A DNA stretch of 64,000 bases from Eledone cirrhosa (GCA_964016885.1 OZ024745.1:51522001-51586000); one strand, 5' to 3'; shown: positions 42,816 to 57,420, numbered from the stretch's first letter. Notes: generated from the sequence alone by a model not told the origin. Translations and numbers: made by a program.

Positions 42816-43690
42816 ATGTGCGTGTGTACGCGTGCGTTTATGTGCGCGTGTGTGTGTTTGTGTATGTATAAATGTGTGCGGGTGTTTCCTTCACGTTTTC
42901 CTGACTTCATTAATTAGAAGTCGAATGATTTAAACATATGTATCTACATATTCACGACATAATATCTCTTGCACACAAAATAGCAATTCCCTGCAAACTA
43001 TCATCTGCATATATCAGCATAAATGATTCTATGATTGACATATAGTATCTATTTTCATTTTTTTTCCAGGAAATTTGCCTAATTTTATAATGAGCGATTT
43101 GGATATAACTTTGTGATGACTCGGCATTTGATTTCATTAATACAATTGTTAATATGAGTAAGATGACTGATTATCAGTGATGCAAAGAGTTCAAACATCT
43201 AAGCATTGCTGGAAATTAATGAGTTAGATATAATTACAAGGACCACCATCGCATTGCTATAGTAGCAAACAGTTGTAAATGTAAGAAATCTTATGCACTA
43301 CAACTCGATCAATTTGAGTTTGAGACATGTATATTTTTAATGATCAAAGAATTGAATATCCTATGATAAGTCAAATATATTTCAATTTAGTATAGCTGAA
43401 AATAAAGAGGATAATATATGTCAACATCGACAGAATTCCTATCAATCTCCACGAATACAGAGGCCTATGTACCTAGTCCAAACTACGAATGATTTAAATG
43501 TGGTCATGTCACAGCTAAATCAGTTGCCCTGCGTGTTTCTGGAATTTTACTATCCATCGATAACGTTTACTCACTCAGATAAACCTGGCCACAGAGGTGG
43601 CGATTTTGTCCATAGATATGTAGGAAATGGTAGCTATTTGTTGGATTTACATACACACGCACTCACACTCACACTCTCACACACACACAT

Positions 43691-43731
<41 letters not shown>

Positions 43732-44909
43732 CATGTATATACACATATGCAAAATTACGGAATTTAATGAAGAATTTCCAGAATGTATGGTAAACTAGGA
43801 ATATTATAAAATGAACATATCTTAAAACTATTTGATTACGCATATGTAAATATTATATTACAGTATATTATTTTTTTTCCATTTAAATACGTACTATTTT
43901 GTTAATAATATATTCGTTATTGTATGAGATACAATGACGCATTGTGTAAATTTGCATAGAGATTTTACGTCATTTGAACGAAGCCTAAACCCTATTCAGA
44001 TTTTGAATAAAGAAAATAAGTTGAAATGAGAATAAAATTGTAACATATCACCTCACTAGAATTAATATACTTTGGTTGCACTTTACCAAGAGTATTTTAT
44101 GTAAGTATCACAGAAACACTCTAGCAAACCTAAAGAAATATTAATATTCTTTTGGATAATCTAAGGAATTAAATAAGAATTTTGCAATGGCAATCATTTC
44201 TTTACCCCTCGAATAATGAAAGAAAATAATTTTTGAAGGGACATTTGAAATTAATATATCACGCAGAAGTGGAAATATACAAGCAGCTACTGTGGTGCAT
44301 GCTACACGATTTTATATTAAACTTATATTAGGCAACACTAGAAGTATTGAGCCAATGTGTTAAAAGATATAGCATGGTTTTCATTTATGTACACGCTAGT
44401 ATAGTTAGCATTATCTCTGGAAGTTATCAACCAAAATCTGCAAGTTTGTAATGCATCAATCTATATAATGGCCGTATATTACATCATGGATGTTATAAAA
44501 TCTAATTTATGATACATTTACAATCTCCTCATGCTGTTAAATATCCATCAAAGATATTTCAACCCTCTACGAGAAATACGATGTAGTTACAATAATTACA
44601 TAATATCCAGTTAGATTCCAAATTTAAGTGTGTATTGAAGCCAATATTTTAACAATAATTTATTCAATGATATATATATTCATTATTGAACGTATCTTGA
44701 TGTATGTATTCAGCGATCTTTAGATATAATCTCACACCTGGTTAAACCATAATTATTATTGCATTTGTTAATGATTTTCTTTCATATTCAAAAATCTATT
44801 ACGGCATTCTATGACAATTATATTTTAAAATGAAAGATTATTCATCATTTGCCTCAAATCAAGCTCTCAAATTAAGATATATGTCGACATTATATATATA
44901 TACAGATAT

Positions 44910-45030
44910 CGTCTGAATTCAAATCCCGACGCGGTTAACTTTGCCTTTCATGCTGACGGGGTCGATAAAATAAAGTACCAGTAATGCACTGGGTATTTGC
45001 TGGCCTTGTGCCAAACGTAGAAACAATTAT
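44910..45030 (+). mobile_element. SINE, 5'-truncated, with 21-bp TSD
   Basis: attatatatatatacagatat at 44889-44909 and 45026-45046. Confidence 0.9.
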
Positions 45031-45286
45031 ATATATATACAGATATGTATATATGTATGTATATGATTATATATATGAACCCGGGAAATTAAACATGACA
45101 TTTAACTATCAAATTGAATTAACGCAATTGTAAAAAGATATAACTAAATATTAATCTTAAAAATTAATACAGCGATTGAGAAACCACTGCTTATTTTCCA
45201 CGAAACCCTACGCTTTCTCAAGCAGAAAGGTTTCTAACTCAGCCTCCATGAGAGAATGATAGAGAGACAGAGATATAGAGAGAGAT

Positions 45287-45458
<172 letters not shown>

Positions 45459-46847
45459 TCCCTCACTACTATAGTTATTAGAGTGTCGATAAAATAAACA
45501 ATTTTGATCCTGCATTCAAATTCCGAATTTTATAATTCCGACATTTCCAATAATGGGTTGATATAATCGACTGTAAATTAAGTGGGTAATACCTTGGTGA
45601 TATTCGAATATATCTTCTAGCTCTTCATGGCATTTCATAGAAAGACACGCAGGAGAATAATTACACATTCTTAATTTTCTTGGCCATCATTCGTGGTACA
45701 GTTTGGAGGGGGCCTACTGAATTGTTACTTGGGTATCTTTCAAATTAACCCGGTCAAGCGTACGTCTTGGTGTCGATAACATAATTCTGTGTCTCTACTC
45801 AACTCACAATGAGAGAAACAGGCATTATTGGCGCACATACTAGGGGTCATTAACAATATAAGTGATAAGAAATATCTAATTTTGTTAGAGTTATGAAGGA
45901 AGTTATTTGCATCAGCGATTTCTATAAAATTGCTATGCTTGGAATACTTGTTATTGGACATTGAAAATCAAAACTTTTATCAATTTTAATAATCAATTTT
46001 GATATAGATTAACACGATTCCCTTATGAATACATATATTCCAAACTATTAACCTCATAATAATTCATATAATAAAATATACATATAAATTATTCGTTCCT
46101 AATTCAAAATAACATATTAATATAATATAATACGCCATGCTGTGAAACATCTGGTTTACGTAGTAGAGAAAACATCATATTTTATAGCGGTTAATGAACT
46201 TTCGTTTAATGAAATTTAAATCAACTTTTGATACGTTGCATTAAATTTCTTTCGTAGTAATGTTGAAATTTGTTTAACATGGCTTATTAGAATTTTTTTA
46301 ATGACTGTAGAAATAAATAATTGAATGTAGTGTCATTCCGCATGCTATTTCTAACGTTCAAATACATACATGTATTATTATAAGCGTGAATAGAAGAAAT
46401 CCTTTTTCTTAGTGCTGAAAGGGTATCAAATTTTATGTGTTAAACCACTTATAATAATATTATGATAACATGTATTCTCTCTTATCCAGTAAATATGACT
46501 TTTCACATATGTAAATGATTTATATTTACACAAATCAGAGAAATCACTTGATGGAATCATACAAAAATTCTGCCCGGAAATGTTTAAATCACTTGTTAAA
46601 TCACTGCAAGTAGAATACCTAAATTATCACAAAATATTTTTTTGTTTCATTTTTTTCTCGAATTCTTTTCCAAAGCATTTCATGGATGATCAACATGAAA
46701 TAGTCAGTTTTTATCGAAGAGTTAATTCTTCAGTCTTTGTATTCTGGAAATGATCTTAATTCAAACTAATGTCCGAAACGTAAATACTATCCTGATATAT
46801 TTCTCCATTGCACTGTGCTGTTTGCTTTGTTGTTTCCGTTTATGCTT

Positions 46848-46884
<37 letters not shown>

Positions 46885-47551
46885 ACTTAGCACCACCATC
46901 CAGATTTTACCTATCCGCTACTTTCTCCCCCTCCCCCGCCCCTATCTCTCTCGCTCTCTTCCTCTTTCTGTATATATACGTACCAGTGTATATAGCTTCG
47001 GGCGAAAAATAACTCAACCTAGTTGCCAGACGATATTCATAGGTAGAAAAAAGATCATCGTATATATAGTTCAAAATTTATTTACATCGCAATAATTATT
47101 TATATTTAAGATGTAAATATGGAAAATGATGACGTCATATAACAACAAATTTAGAACGTTATTTACAAAAACATAATTTGTTCACAAATTAATAATGGTG
47201 TCATATGACATATCTTCATCGTTCGTTGACAGCACCTTAATGAAATAACTTTCTTAACACGGAAAAGACGATAAAAAATAGCACAACGTCCCAATCCTTT
47301 CCGTGTCTGTGCTTCGTTAAAACTAGGAAGGTAATTAAGCATACTTTTTTAAATTCAGTTACGTTTCAAAAATAAACAATAATTGTTTTTTTCCATTGAA
47401 ATTACAAACATTTCTCTCTTAAAAATTGATTGCTACTACATGAATTACGTTTACTTGTTTTGAAACGTCAAGCAACATTAAAATGTATGTTTTTATTAAG
47501 TGTATCTCCAATATTTTTACCACGACATGTTAGAAAGATGACACATATTAT

Positions 47552-47722
47552 TAGAGAGTCGGACGCCATGCTTTGACGTATAGATTTACGGCCCTTGCCA
47601 TTCTGAGTTCAAATCCCGCCGAGGTTAACTTTGCCTTTCATCCTTACAGGGTCGATAAAATAAGGCACCAGTAATGCACTGGTTAATTGCTGGCCTTGTG
47701 CCAAACGTAGAAACAATTATTA
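47552..47722 (+). mobile_element. SINE
   Basis: Matches the consensus from mid-head to tail. Confidence 0.9.
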
Positions 47723-49066
47723 TCACTTCAATATGGTCTGCTAATAATTATATGAACAAAGGTAAAACAAAATAAGGGTCAATATGTTATTCCCTTCAGT
47801 CATGGTTAGTTACATTTTTAGTACACACAATATCTTTAAATGTAACTTATAGACGTAGCGAACAATTGGTATGAATTAATGATGCAAATGAATATTGGTG
47901 GATTGTAAAATTGTGATTGGTGGATTGTAAAATTCATATGTAATTGATTCAAATATTGTCGCAAAGATGTTGTTGTCTAGAATAATTCATGTCACGGACA
48001 AACTCCCACAATATCCGCTCGATATGATATTGGCTATTTCTCATATGAAAACATGTCCTTAATACAAATATAGTTATTTCTTCGTTATTCATATGGAGAT
48101 ATTTGAAACTACGTTCAAATTTTCAGACGATCTATGTTAACATAAGACATATATAGCATAAGCTAACCTTCTAATGATATCATTTCTGTGTGGAGATATT
48201 ATGGGGTGCATATATTACAGAATAAATTCGGTGAAGACAGAGATGTGGCTTTACTAAATCGTGGCAGATATTATTTGCTTGGAACAACATAGCAAATATA
48301 ACAGGCTGCTACAGCCCAAGATGATTGTTCGGCTTCGGAGACCAGAGTGAGAAGAGGAAATGCTGATGAGTTGAATTGCGGTTAAAATGAAAACAGAAAC
48401 TCAGCCGAGTTGACTTGACGTTAATATACCCATCAATGATGTCATAGTTGTGTGGGTCTTTGTACTGTTGTGATAATTTCACTACATATGTATAAACAAG
48501 ATTTCCGTCATTGTTAACACAAACTCTATTTTCTTCAGGTACATAGACAACAGCCCGCACAATAGGACTTTTTGCGATATATTCTATACAGTCAGTAGTG
48601 GGTCAGATTTAAAAAGGTGTTTCTAGTGTTTACATTATCTCTTTCGCATGCGTAATGCATACAATATTGTTCATTGATATTTGTCAAGTAAACTGATATC
48701 TGCAATTTCTAGAGATTTTAAATTCTTTCGTTCACAATTATTAAATATGAATATTTTATTTCAAATGCCAACAAAATAATATTATACAAATTAAATAATA
48801 ATGATGACTTATTGACCCCACCATCCACCCCCATAGAATACACTTCATCCTTATATCACTTAACGTAAATACATTTCTGATTGAAAGATTACATTGTCTT
48901 TAAATTTTCCAGAAATATTTTAAACACTGTCCACATAAAAGTAACATACGAAGGTTACAGTATAACAACAGTCGGACTCCTGAGGACTTTGTTACTGCGT
49001 TCAGATTATTCAATAATCATCAAAATATCCACTGTCTCTCCCTTCTTTTATTGGCACATATAGTTC

Positions 49067-49154
49067 GCATATCTGACGAGATGTAGAAAAATAGTCGGAC
49101 CAACCCGTCACCTTGATTATACTAGCTGACGATATCAAAACAGTTGTAATATGC
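49067..49154 (+). ncRNA. Decayed hammerhead ribozyme (family H), long stem II
   Basis: GCAUAU-CUGACGA-GAUGU...AUAUC-aAA-AC(AGUU)GU-A-AUAUGC. Perfect 6-bp stem I; the G12A change is consistent with CpG decay. Followed by (TA)n. Confidence 0.65.
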
Positions 49155-49194
49155 AAATGAAGTTTGTACATATGCTGCAACATTGACTTCTATT

Positions 49195-49230
<36 letters not shown>

Positions 49231-49437
49231 CAAATATATATATATATATGCACGCGAGCGTGTTTGTGTGTATGTAGGTGACGGAAATATCCTCACATTA
49301 AATTGTATGATTAGTTTAAATTCAAAGCAGACCTACATGTACCATCTCTACTCGTTCAATCTAGTTTTCGAGTATTTGATTATATTTTGTCTATTTTAAA
49401 GCAAGAATGTATAAGGATATACTATTTTAGGAATGTA

Positions 49438-49629
49438 TATAATTGTTTCTACGTTAGCCACAAGGCCAGCAATTACCCAGTGTATTACTGGTACTTTATT
49501 TTATCGACCCCGTGAGGATGAAAGGCAAAGTTAACCTCGGCGGGATTTGAACTCAGAATGGCAAGGGCCCTATCTCTATGCGTCAAAGCATGGCGTCCGA
49601 CCCTCTACCGATACTGCCAATCCACCGCC
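49438..49629 (-). mobile_element. SINE, full length, with 16-bp TSD
   Basis: taggaatgtatataat at 49428-49443 and 49636-49651. Confidence 0.92.
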
Positions 49630-50544
49630 TGTATATAGGAATGTATATAATGTTAGCAAATCACTTAATAAAGTATACGAGCATGTTTGTATGGTGGAGA
49701 ATATAAATAAACAGGATTTGATACTTTTACTAAGTTAATCTGGTATAAAATAAGATGAAATCACACTTTGTAAGCTGATATATATATAAATTCTTTACGC
49801 AAATGCGGCGTCATTTTAATATGTAAATAGAAATGCAGAATTGTGTATCATGATTTCCATTTATGTAAAACATTCGTAAATATACGGAATTAAATAGATA
49901 ATTCTTTATGGAAGTTTAGCTTATTAAAGTAGCTGGAAGTAATATAGAATATCACAAAAAATTGCTTCAATGTTTAATAAATGATGTTGTTCTTCGTATT
50001 GATCTAACTTTTGCATAATCGCATAAATCATTATTCCATTTGTATCTCTTCATCCTATATGCATATATATACACACACACACTTGTCTGTGTGTATCACT
50101 ATATAGATATGCATGCATACATAGACTTCATTTTTTCGGAAAAAACTTTATTCCAAATGAAATTTTGAAAAGAGTAGCGAAACCTGAGAAATATATGAAC
50201 ATGAAAACTGTCATAAGTTAGATAGACTGCGTTAGTTACGACTTCTACGTAGGAAACAATATCATGCCCCGCCTAATCTCCAAATATCATAACCATATAT
50301 ATAAAACCAATTCAATTTTTATTCATGAAGTTTCCTATTTCTGATGCAGGGTTAGGTCGGGAAAAACTGAATTTGAAAATATTATATGTTAATGGAACTA
50401 TGAATTCTTTAGTATTTCGAGGTAACTATTAACCCAATTAACTTCTGCATGACTAGAAATGCTTAAACATTTCAAAGGAATGAAATAATTTTCGCCCCGT
50501 AGAATTCATTTCCTAATAGAAATTTCTCTCTATATATAGACAAG

Positions 50545-50580
<36 letters not shown>

Positions 50581-50583
50581 GAA

Positions 50584-50690
<107 letters not shown>

Positions 50691-51291
50691 CACACATACA
50701 CACATGTATTTATCACTCTATTGAACAAATGTAAAGTCAGAAATTTCATTTGTTTTTTGGTATATTTCTTCATATTCAGGTAAAACGTTTTGAAGTTCCG
50801 TTGTTGTGCGTTTTGCTGTTGCGCCCACTCCATCTTTTAAGAATTATTAGACCATCCTCTATATAGATTTTCGCTCTAGTATTGGTTATTTGTTCTATTT
50901 AACTCAGTAGAATAGGGCTAAAATTATACACGATTTCCAGCACTTCGCCACATTTGCTTATCAGCTATAGTGCTTTACATATTTGGGCTAGTCTGAAGAT
51001 ATAGTTGGGTGCTCAAAAGCAAAGTTGATGTATTTATGAAATCAATCATTCATAACATGTATAGGATCACCTACTATATCGGTTTTAGCAACTGATTTAG
51101 TTAACGAATATCAGTTGAACGTTTATGTGTTTCCAAATATTTAGTCATTTGAAGAGTTATTTATGTTTACCCATTGACTATAATATTTTCTTGCTTGACA
51201 TACCAAATTTAATTTTTGCAGATTTACTTTTCAGCTTGGTGAAGTTGTCACATATATGTGAAGAAACGCACATCCAAAGATATCCACATAG

Positions 51292-51403
<112 letters not shown>

Positions 51404-52153
51404 TGTCCGCATACATATATACACATAACGTTCGAATCTTTGTATGGATTGATATACAGAAATATATATTTAAGTATACTTATAGAATATAGAGTATATT
51501 TAAATAAACTTATATTTCCAAAGTCGAAATACGATTCTCGCTAATTTATATTTGTATTAATCTCCAGAGTCTAGCTATTGACTAGTTAATTTTCTTGATT
51601 TTTTTTACTTGATTCTATTGACTGATGAATAGCTTTTGTTAACTTTAAAACCATTCTGTTGAGAACTTAATTCGTTTGGTGATATTTTGCAATTTTGCAA
51701 TAATATACACATACTGAATTCGTCCAAAAATAAGGGTTGCATCCTTGTCGAGCCCCACGTGGGTATTGATAACGGTCAATCCATGGCCTGGCACGTGAAC
51801 TAAAAGCCTGTTGAGAAAGTGACTTCCTTGTTCAATCATCTTACCAGAAGCTTAACATTATTTGTCTAAGCGGACAGTACCTGATATAGGAGTCGCAGAA
51901 ACCCAAATACTGGATTTTTACCAACCATCCAGGGGTCCGGGTAAATATTTCAATCATATTTTTTGATTTTTTTTACTTGGTCGTTTCTATGGCTGTGCGG
52001 ATAATGGTTTAACCATCGGCTCAGTGTGTTTGGCCTTTTAACGTATGTTGTAGCTCTGGTTCGTTAGAATCTATTGAGGGCTTGCCACACATCTTGGAAG
52101 TTGCTTTTCGTTAATTTCCAAAGCCTAAATACGATTCTCGCTAATTTATATTT

Positions 52154-52188
<35 letters not shown>

Positions 52189-52192
<4 letters not shown>

Positions 52193-52382
52193 AACCAGTA
52201 AGACCCCGACGGCTGAGCTCAAGGCGTTTCGACGGCTAATTCTGGACTGAATTAGCCGTCGAAACGGCTTGAGCTCAGCCGTCGGGGTCTTACTGGTTCC
52301 TATTACCCTCTCTACTACCCTAAGTATTGAGTACTTTGGTGCGTTATGGTCCACCTGGTTCCTTACCACATTTCCTTCGTTA
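52189..52382. mobile_element. Family D pseudo-LTR 3' part with fold-back palindrome
   Basis: 54-bp arms at 52189-52242 and 52249-52302 with a 6-nt spacer; each arm carries the GAAAC/stem III/GUC half of the family D HHR. Confidence 0.8.
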
Positions 52383-52484
52383 TATATATATATATAAGTA
52401 TACTTAAATATATACTTATGTATATCAATTGGATTGATATACACAAGTATATATTTAAGTATACTTATAGACACCTCTTACATA

Positions 52485-55108
52485 CCCCTCTATTCGGCTT
52501 ATTAACCCTACGAAGTCCGATTTAGGAAGACTTAGTAAATGGATTCTTGATAGAATTATACCAGAAATTAGAAGTTTGGCCCCTCTTGCACTATGGAACA
52601 ATTCTTTCGTGGTGATTGATTGGTTCAACGGCATATGCAACAAGGAACATTGCCGTTTTATCCAATTCGACATCTACAATTACTACTCCTCCATCACTTT
52701 ACCACTTCTCCTTAGAGCTATCATTTTCGCTAAAACACTCACAGTGGTTAAGGATTTCAAAGTTGATGTCATCCTCAATGCCCGTAAGTCGGTGATTAAT
52801 TTCGACGACTCTATTTGGATAAAAAAATCCAATAGTACCCCATTCGACGTGAGTATGGCTCCAGCGATTCTGCGGAGGTTACTGATCTTATCGGCCTTTT
52901 CCTTCTTTTCTCTTTCAAGGACGAATTCCCCAACGCGGGCGGTGGTTTGTACCGTGATGATGGTCTTTTGACCATGACTAAGTGCGGACCTCGTGCTTGC
53001 GACAGGTTCAGAAATGAACTCACAGCCTTCTTTAAAGGCTTCAACCTCTCTATACAGGTTGAGGCCAATCTCTCGGTCGTTAATTACCTCGACGTTACCC
53101 TTAATTTATCGAATGGGTTGTATTACCCGTATAGAAAGCCGAATGATACGCTTAATTACATAAGTAAGCATTCCAACCATCCTGTCAGCATAACCAAGAA
53201 CCTGGTAAGAAACGTTTCGTTGGGGCTTTCCCGTCTATCTACTAACGAGCATATTTTCAACGACCATTCCACTTATTACAATGAAGCTCTTGCTCGGAGT
53301 GGATTTGTCGATAAGGTAGCATATACAGAGTACGAAAATAGACCTAGAAGAAATAGATCCCGTCGCATTTGTTGGTATAACCCACCATATAATATGGAGG
53401 TGGCCACACCATTTGCTAAGATCTTTCTTTCCCTTATTACGAAGCATTTTCCCCTACACATAAATATAGTAAAATCTTTAATAGAAATACTATTAAAATT
53501 TCTTACTCTACCTCTCCTAACCTTGCACATAACATCACAGCTTCAAATTTAGCTAAACTACCTAGCCGTAGGAACACGTGCAACCCTGTAGTTAGTACTA
53601 ACTGTAATTGTAGGAATCGGGTTGATTGCCCCCTAGTAACATTGTCTACAAATGTAAGGTTGAAACACCTAGGGCCTACATAGGGTTAACCGCCAATAGA
53701 TTCAAGCAGCGTCTTTACATGCATACCCATTCTTTTCGTTACCCTCTAAGAAGGAATATGACGTCACTTTCAGCTTATATCTGGAGTCTAAAAGACAACC
53801 ACACCCAATATAAGTTACACTGGGAGATCCTAGCTAGGGCTAGATCGTATAAGGGCAATAAAAGCCCATGTAACCTCTGCGCCGCTGAGGCCATGGAAAT
53901 ACTCTACGCCACAGACCACATCTTAAACAAAAAATCTTATGCAATTTCGGCTTGTAAACATAAATTGCACAACACTTTCCTGTATTACAGCCCCACGTTA
54001 TACCCTAACGGATAGTACGATCTATTTTACGTCTTGATGTGGTAGCTAAGTATATGTTTTGTTTATACCATTACTTATTTGCATAGGTAAGTATATATTA
54101 CCTGTATGTTTTGTGAAGGTACGTATACTTTCTCGTACGTATATTTGATTGTATATGTTATGGCGTATCATTTTTTATATATTCTGGTACATATGATTTG
54201 GTTATGTGTATACGTGAGTTTTCGCGTCTCTGTGAGTATGCAGGTTGGTACGTATGTAGGATGTGTGTATATGTGTACTTCATGTTTTGGTTGACTTACG
54301 TCTCCGAACATTTATGTGTTTACATGTAGGTATGTGTGTGCGCTCGTTATATACGTATTTATTTATTTATTTATATACGTTTATTTAATTATTTTTTATT
54401 TGTATACACGCACACACACACACATATTTATATGTGCGTGGTTTTGTATATCTATGGCAAGTGTTTTCGCGTATGCTTGTGTATGTACGTATTTGCATGC
54501 GTGTATGTATTTATTTAATTTCTATTACCTCTGTATTGTATTTTATTTACTTTATTCTTAACTCTGAAGCGGAGATTCATTCGGTTTCCTAGTTACAATT
54601 TTAGTCTACGACTTCAGCTATACCATTTGCGTGGTTTTGTCTTTGCGTGCAATTGTTCTCCACGGTCCACATATGACGTATTATCTTCGTTTTTTCCGTT
54701 CATTGCCAGATAACGTCTCTTTGAACCACCTAAGAGAACATTAGTCTACGACTTCTTTTATACCATAAACGTGGTTCTGTCTTTGCGTGTAATTGTTTTT
54801 CAGCGCTCCTATTAATGACGTATTATATTCGTTTTTTCCCGTTCTTTGCCAGGGAACGTTTCCACGAACCAAAGTATCGTCTTCCTGTCTTCTTCCGGTT
54901 TGCAACATTTTTTGAAATATCCACTTCTGCGTTTACAGATTCACTTTGTTAGTTTCAGAAGATCCCGTTAAGGGTGAAAGCAGCGATTATTTGCTTAAAA
55001 TTTAATCTGTTATTTTAATAAATATTTGCTCTAGGGTTCTTATATATTTGATATATATTTATCCTTATCGAGCCCTCTTTGGATTTTAGTCTTCAAATTT
55101 ATTATTAT

Positions 55109-55112
<4 letters not shown>
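52485..55112 (+). mobile_element. Penelope-like element copy 3, 5'-truncated, frameshifted
   Basis: PSIRLINPTKSDLG, FDIYNYYSSI, YRDDGLL, PYRKPND..SNHP, CWYNPPY, IVY..AYIG, CNLC, CKH; stop at 54015. The 3' region has a 140-bp tandem duplication (54601, 54741), an HHR-like motif and AATAAA at 55017 before (TA)n. Confidence 0.92.
54951..55003 (+). ncRNA. Hammerhead-like motif (U4A) in the PLE copy 3 pseudo-LTR
   Basis: UUU-CaGAAGA-U-CCC(GUUAA)GGG-U-GAA-AGCA...UGCU-U-AAA, followed by AATAAA; stem I is weak. Confidence 0.45.
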
Positions 55113-55184
<72 letters not shown>

Positions 55185-55214
55185 AGATCAAAAGATGGTT
55201 AAAGGAGTTCAATA

Positions 55215-55285
55215 TATTTTATTATGCGCATTTCAAAAACAAACATCATCAAACAATAATATTTGTGTTTTCATCAGATAAAACA
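55215..55285 (-). ncRNA. Hammerhead ribozyme family A (left arm)
   Basis: Mirror image of 55417-55487. Confidence 0.78.
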
Positions 55286-55416
55286 GGAGAACATGATATG
55301 AAGGCTAAACAAACACTTGTTGATAGTGCAGTTTTAAATCAACATATCATATGATATGTTGATTTAAAACTGCACTATCAACAAGTGTTTTTTTTAGCCT
55401 TCATATCATGTTCTCC

Positions 55417-55487
55417 TGTTTTATCTGATGAAAACACAAATATTATTGTTTGATGATGTTTGTTTTTGAAATGCGCATAATAAAATA
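55417..55487 (+). ncRNA. Hammerhead ribozyme family A (right arm)
   Basis: UGUUUUAU-CUGAUGA-AAAC-ACAAAUAUUAU(UGUUUG)AUGAUGUUUGU-UUUU-GAA-AU(GCGC)AU-A-AUAAAAUA: 8-bp stem I, ~14-bp stem II, palindromic stem III, AUA site. Confidence 0.8.
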
Positions 55488-55636
55488 TATTGAACTCCTT
55501 TAACCATCTTTTGATCTTATATTATGCATACTCCAGTCCCACAAACTGTAGAGTGCTTCTTATCCGATATCTGCATTGCTTTATTGTACTACAATAAAAC
55601 TCACCTCCTACATATATATATATATATATAGATATA

Positions 55637-55741
<105 letters not shown>

Positions 55742-55914
55742 GTAAGAGGTGTCTATAAGTATACTTAAATATATACTTGTGTATATCAATCCAATTGATA
55801 TACACAAGTATATATTTAAGTATACTTATAGACAACTCTTACATATTATATATATATATATATATAAGTATATTTAAATATACTCTATATTCTATAAGTA
55901 TACTTAAATATATA

Positions 55915-56690
55915 CAACAATAGACAAACTATCTGGGTCTCTCCTCCCTTCTCACTGTACGTTAAAACCAATGTAGGAAAGAAATTTCTAGTCCTCTTAG
56001 ATAGACACTTTCCCATAGGTCATAAACACCGCTCTAGCTTTAACCGACACAAAGTTAAACTAGGATACTCCTGCGCTAAGAACATGAAGGCCCACATCAC
56101 CAGCAGCTCTAGGAGCAACACCCCACCAGGGTGCTCTTGCCGTAAGCCTGATGCTTGCCCCCTTCAACAGCAATGCAATACACCAGCTGTAATTTGTGAA
56201 GCTGTGGTCACTTCCAACCGACCAAACGAACAACAGGAGGTCAAATCCTATGTGGGCATGGCGGGGGACCGATTTAAGGAACGTTTCCTGAACCACCAGC
56301 CTACCTTCAGTTAACCAGAGAGACGTTCATCCACGAAACTCGCGAGCCATATATGGTCCCTCAAGGACTCAAGCATAGACTACTCCACTCAATGGAAAGC
56401 CATCACTAAGTCCAAGCCATACGCAAGGGAAAATCCGACGTGTGGCTCATGTATTGACGAACGAATAACTATTCTAAAGATATTACGCAATAGTGATTGT
56501 CTAAACAGAGATGGAATTTTTCACACGTTGTCCACACGTTGCCAAACACCTATTGCATAACTACAAGGCTCCGGACTGATTCTTTGTAATTTTATTTTCA
56601 ACCTAGAAACTTTTCGGACTTTCGCAGTTATCTCCCTTACACCTTTCTGACGCAGTCTAGTATTGTCTGTGTGAATGGACCGGGTTTCTG
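55915..56690 (+). mobile_element. Penelope-like element fragment (linker + GIY-YIG)
   Basis: IWVSPPFSLYVKTNVGKKFL..RHFP, CSCRKPDACPLQQQC, SYVGMAGDRFKERF; premature stop at 56312. Closely related to copy 2. Confidence 0.88.
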
Positions 56691-56692
56691 CG

Positions 56693-57420
56693 CAGATGGT
56701 TGAACGTCTGAAAGTATATACTTTCCTTATGCATATTAACGGCTGAGCAGCCTAATTTGCATATCGAGTGAGTTCAGTTGGCCGGCACACCGAAAACGAT
56801 AAATGGAATAGAATGAAACGAAATTTCATTTCTCACTCTTAGTACGGCACTTACTTAAATGTAAATATGTATGTATATGTACATACAAATATGTATTCCA
56901 TCGTACAGTAGTATGTATATATATACATACATGCACATATATATATATATATATATATATATGCACGTATCGGTTTACCAAACATTTCTTATAATGCTCG
57001 TTTTTTTTGTTTGTAAACAAACAAACAGCCCGAATTAGGCCGTACAGTGTTTAGGCAACCACGTCACCTTTTTGTTCAACACTGACAGAGGAACGATATA
57101 CTAGTTTCAAGCTTATTAGCTATCGTCAGCATCGTATACCTTCCTGCCAGATGGTTGAACCTCTAAAAGTATATACTTTCCTTATGCATATTAACGGCAG
57201 AGCAGCGTAATTTGCATATCGAGTGAGTTCAGTCGGCCGGGCACACCGAAAACGATAAATGGAATAGAATAAAACGAAATTTTATTTCTCACTCTTAGTA
57301 CGCACTTACTTAAATGTAAATATGTATGTATGTATGTATACGTCAATACATATATGTATACAGACGTACAGTAGTATGTATATATATACATACATGCACA
57401 CATCGGTTTACCGAACATTT
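56693..57420 (-). mobile_element. HHR family B locus, ~1.6 tandem units (period ~455 nt)
   Basis: cagatggttgaac occurs at 56693 and 57148; reverse complement of the 9 kb and 39 kb units. Confidence 0.82.
57093..57135 (-). ncRNA. Hammerhead ribozyme family B, intact core
   Basis: ACGAUG-CUGACGA-U-AGC(UAAUAA)GCU-U-GAA-ACUAGU-A-UAUCGU: 6-bp stem I, palindromic ACUAGU, GUA site. Confidence 0.82.

Larger units (their letters stand above)
55177..55525. repeat. ~350-bp spacerless palindrome containing two divergent HHRs
   Basis: Centre at 55350/55351; the arms differ only in one A/T run. Confidence 0.95.

Noticed and set aside
43160-43310. aaacagttgta resembling the family H stem III
   Set aside because: No 5' core or stems are recoverable.
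48361-48410. CTGATGA...GAAAC
   Set aside because: Stems I and III and the NUH site do not form.
48309-48600. Possible host exon on the minus strand
   Set aside because: No recognisable domain, partner exons or clear splice context.
51620-51670. CTGATGA followed by a small hairpin
   Set aside because: No GAAA in register and no stem I closure.
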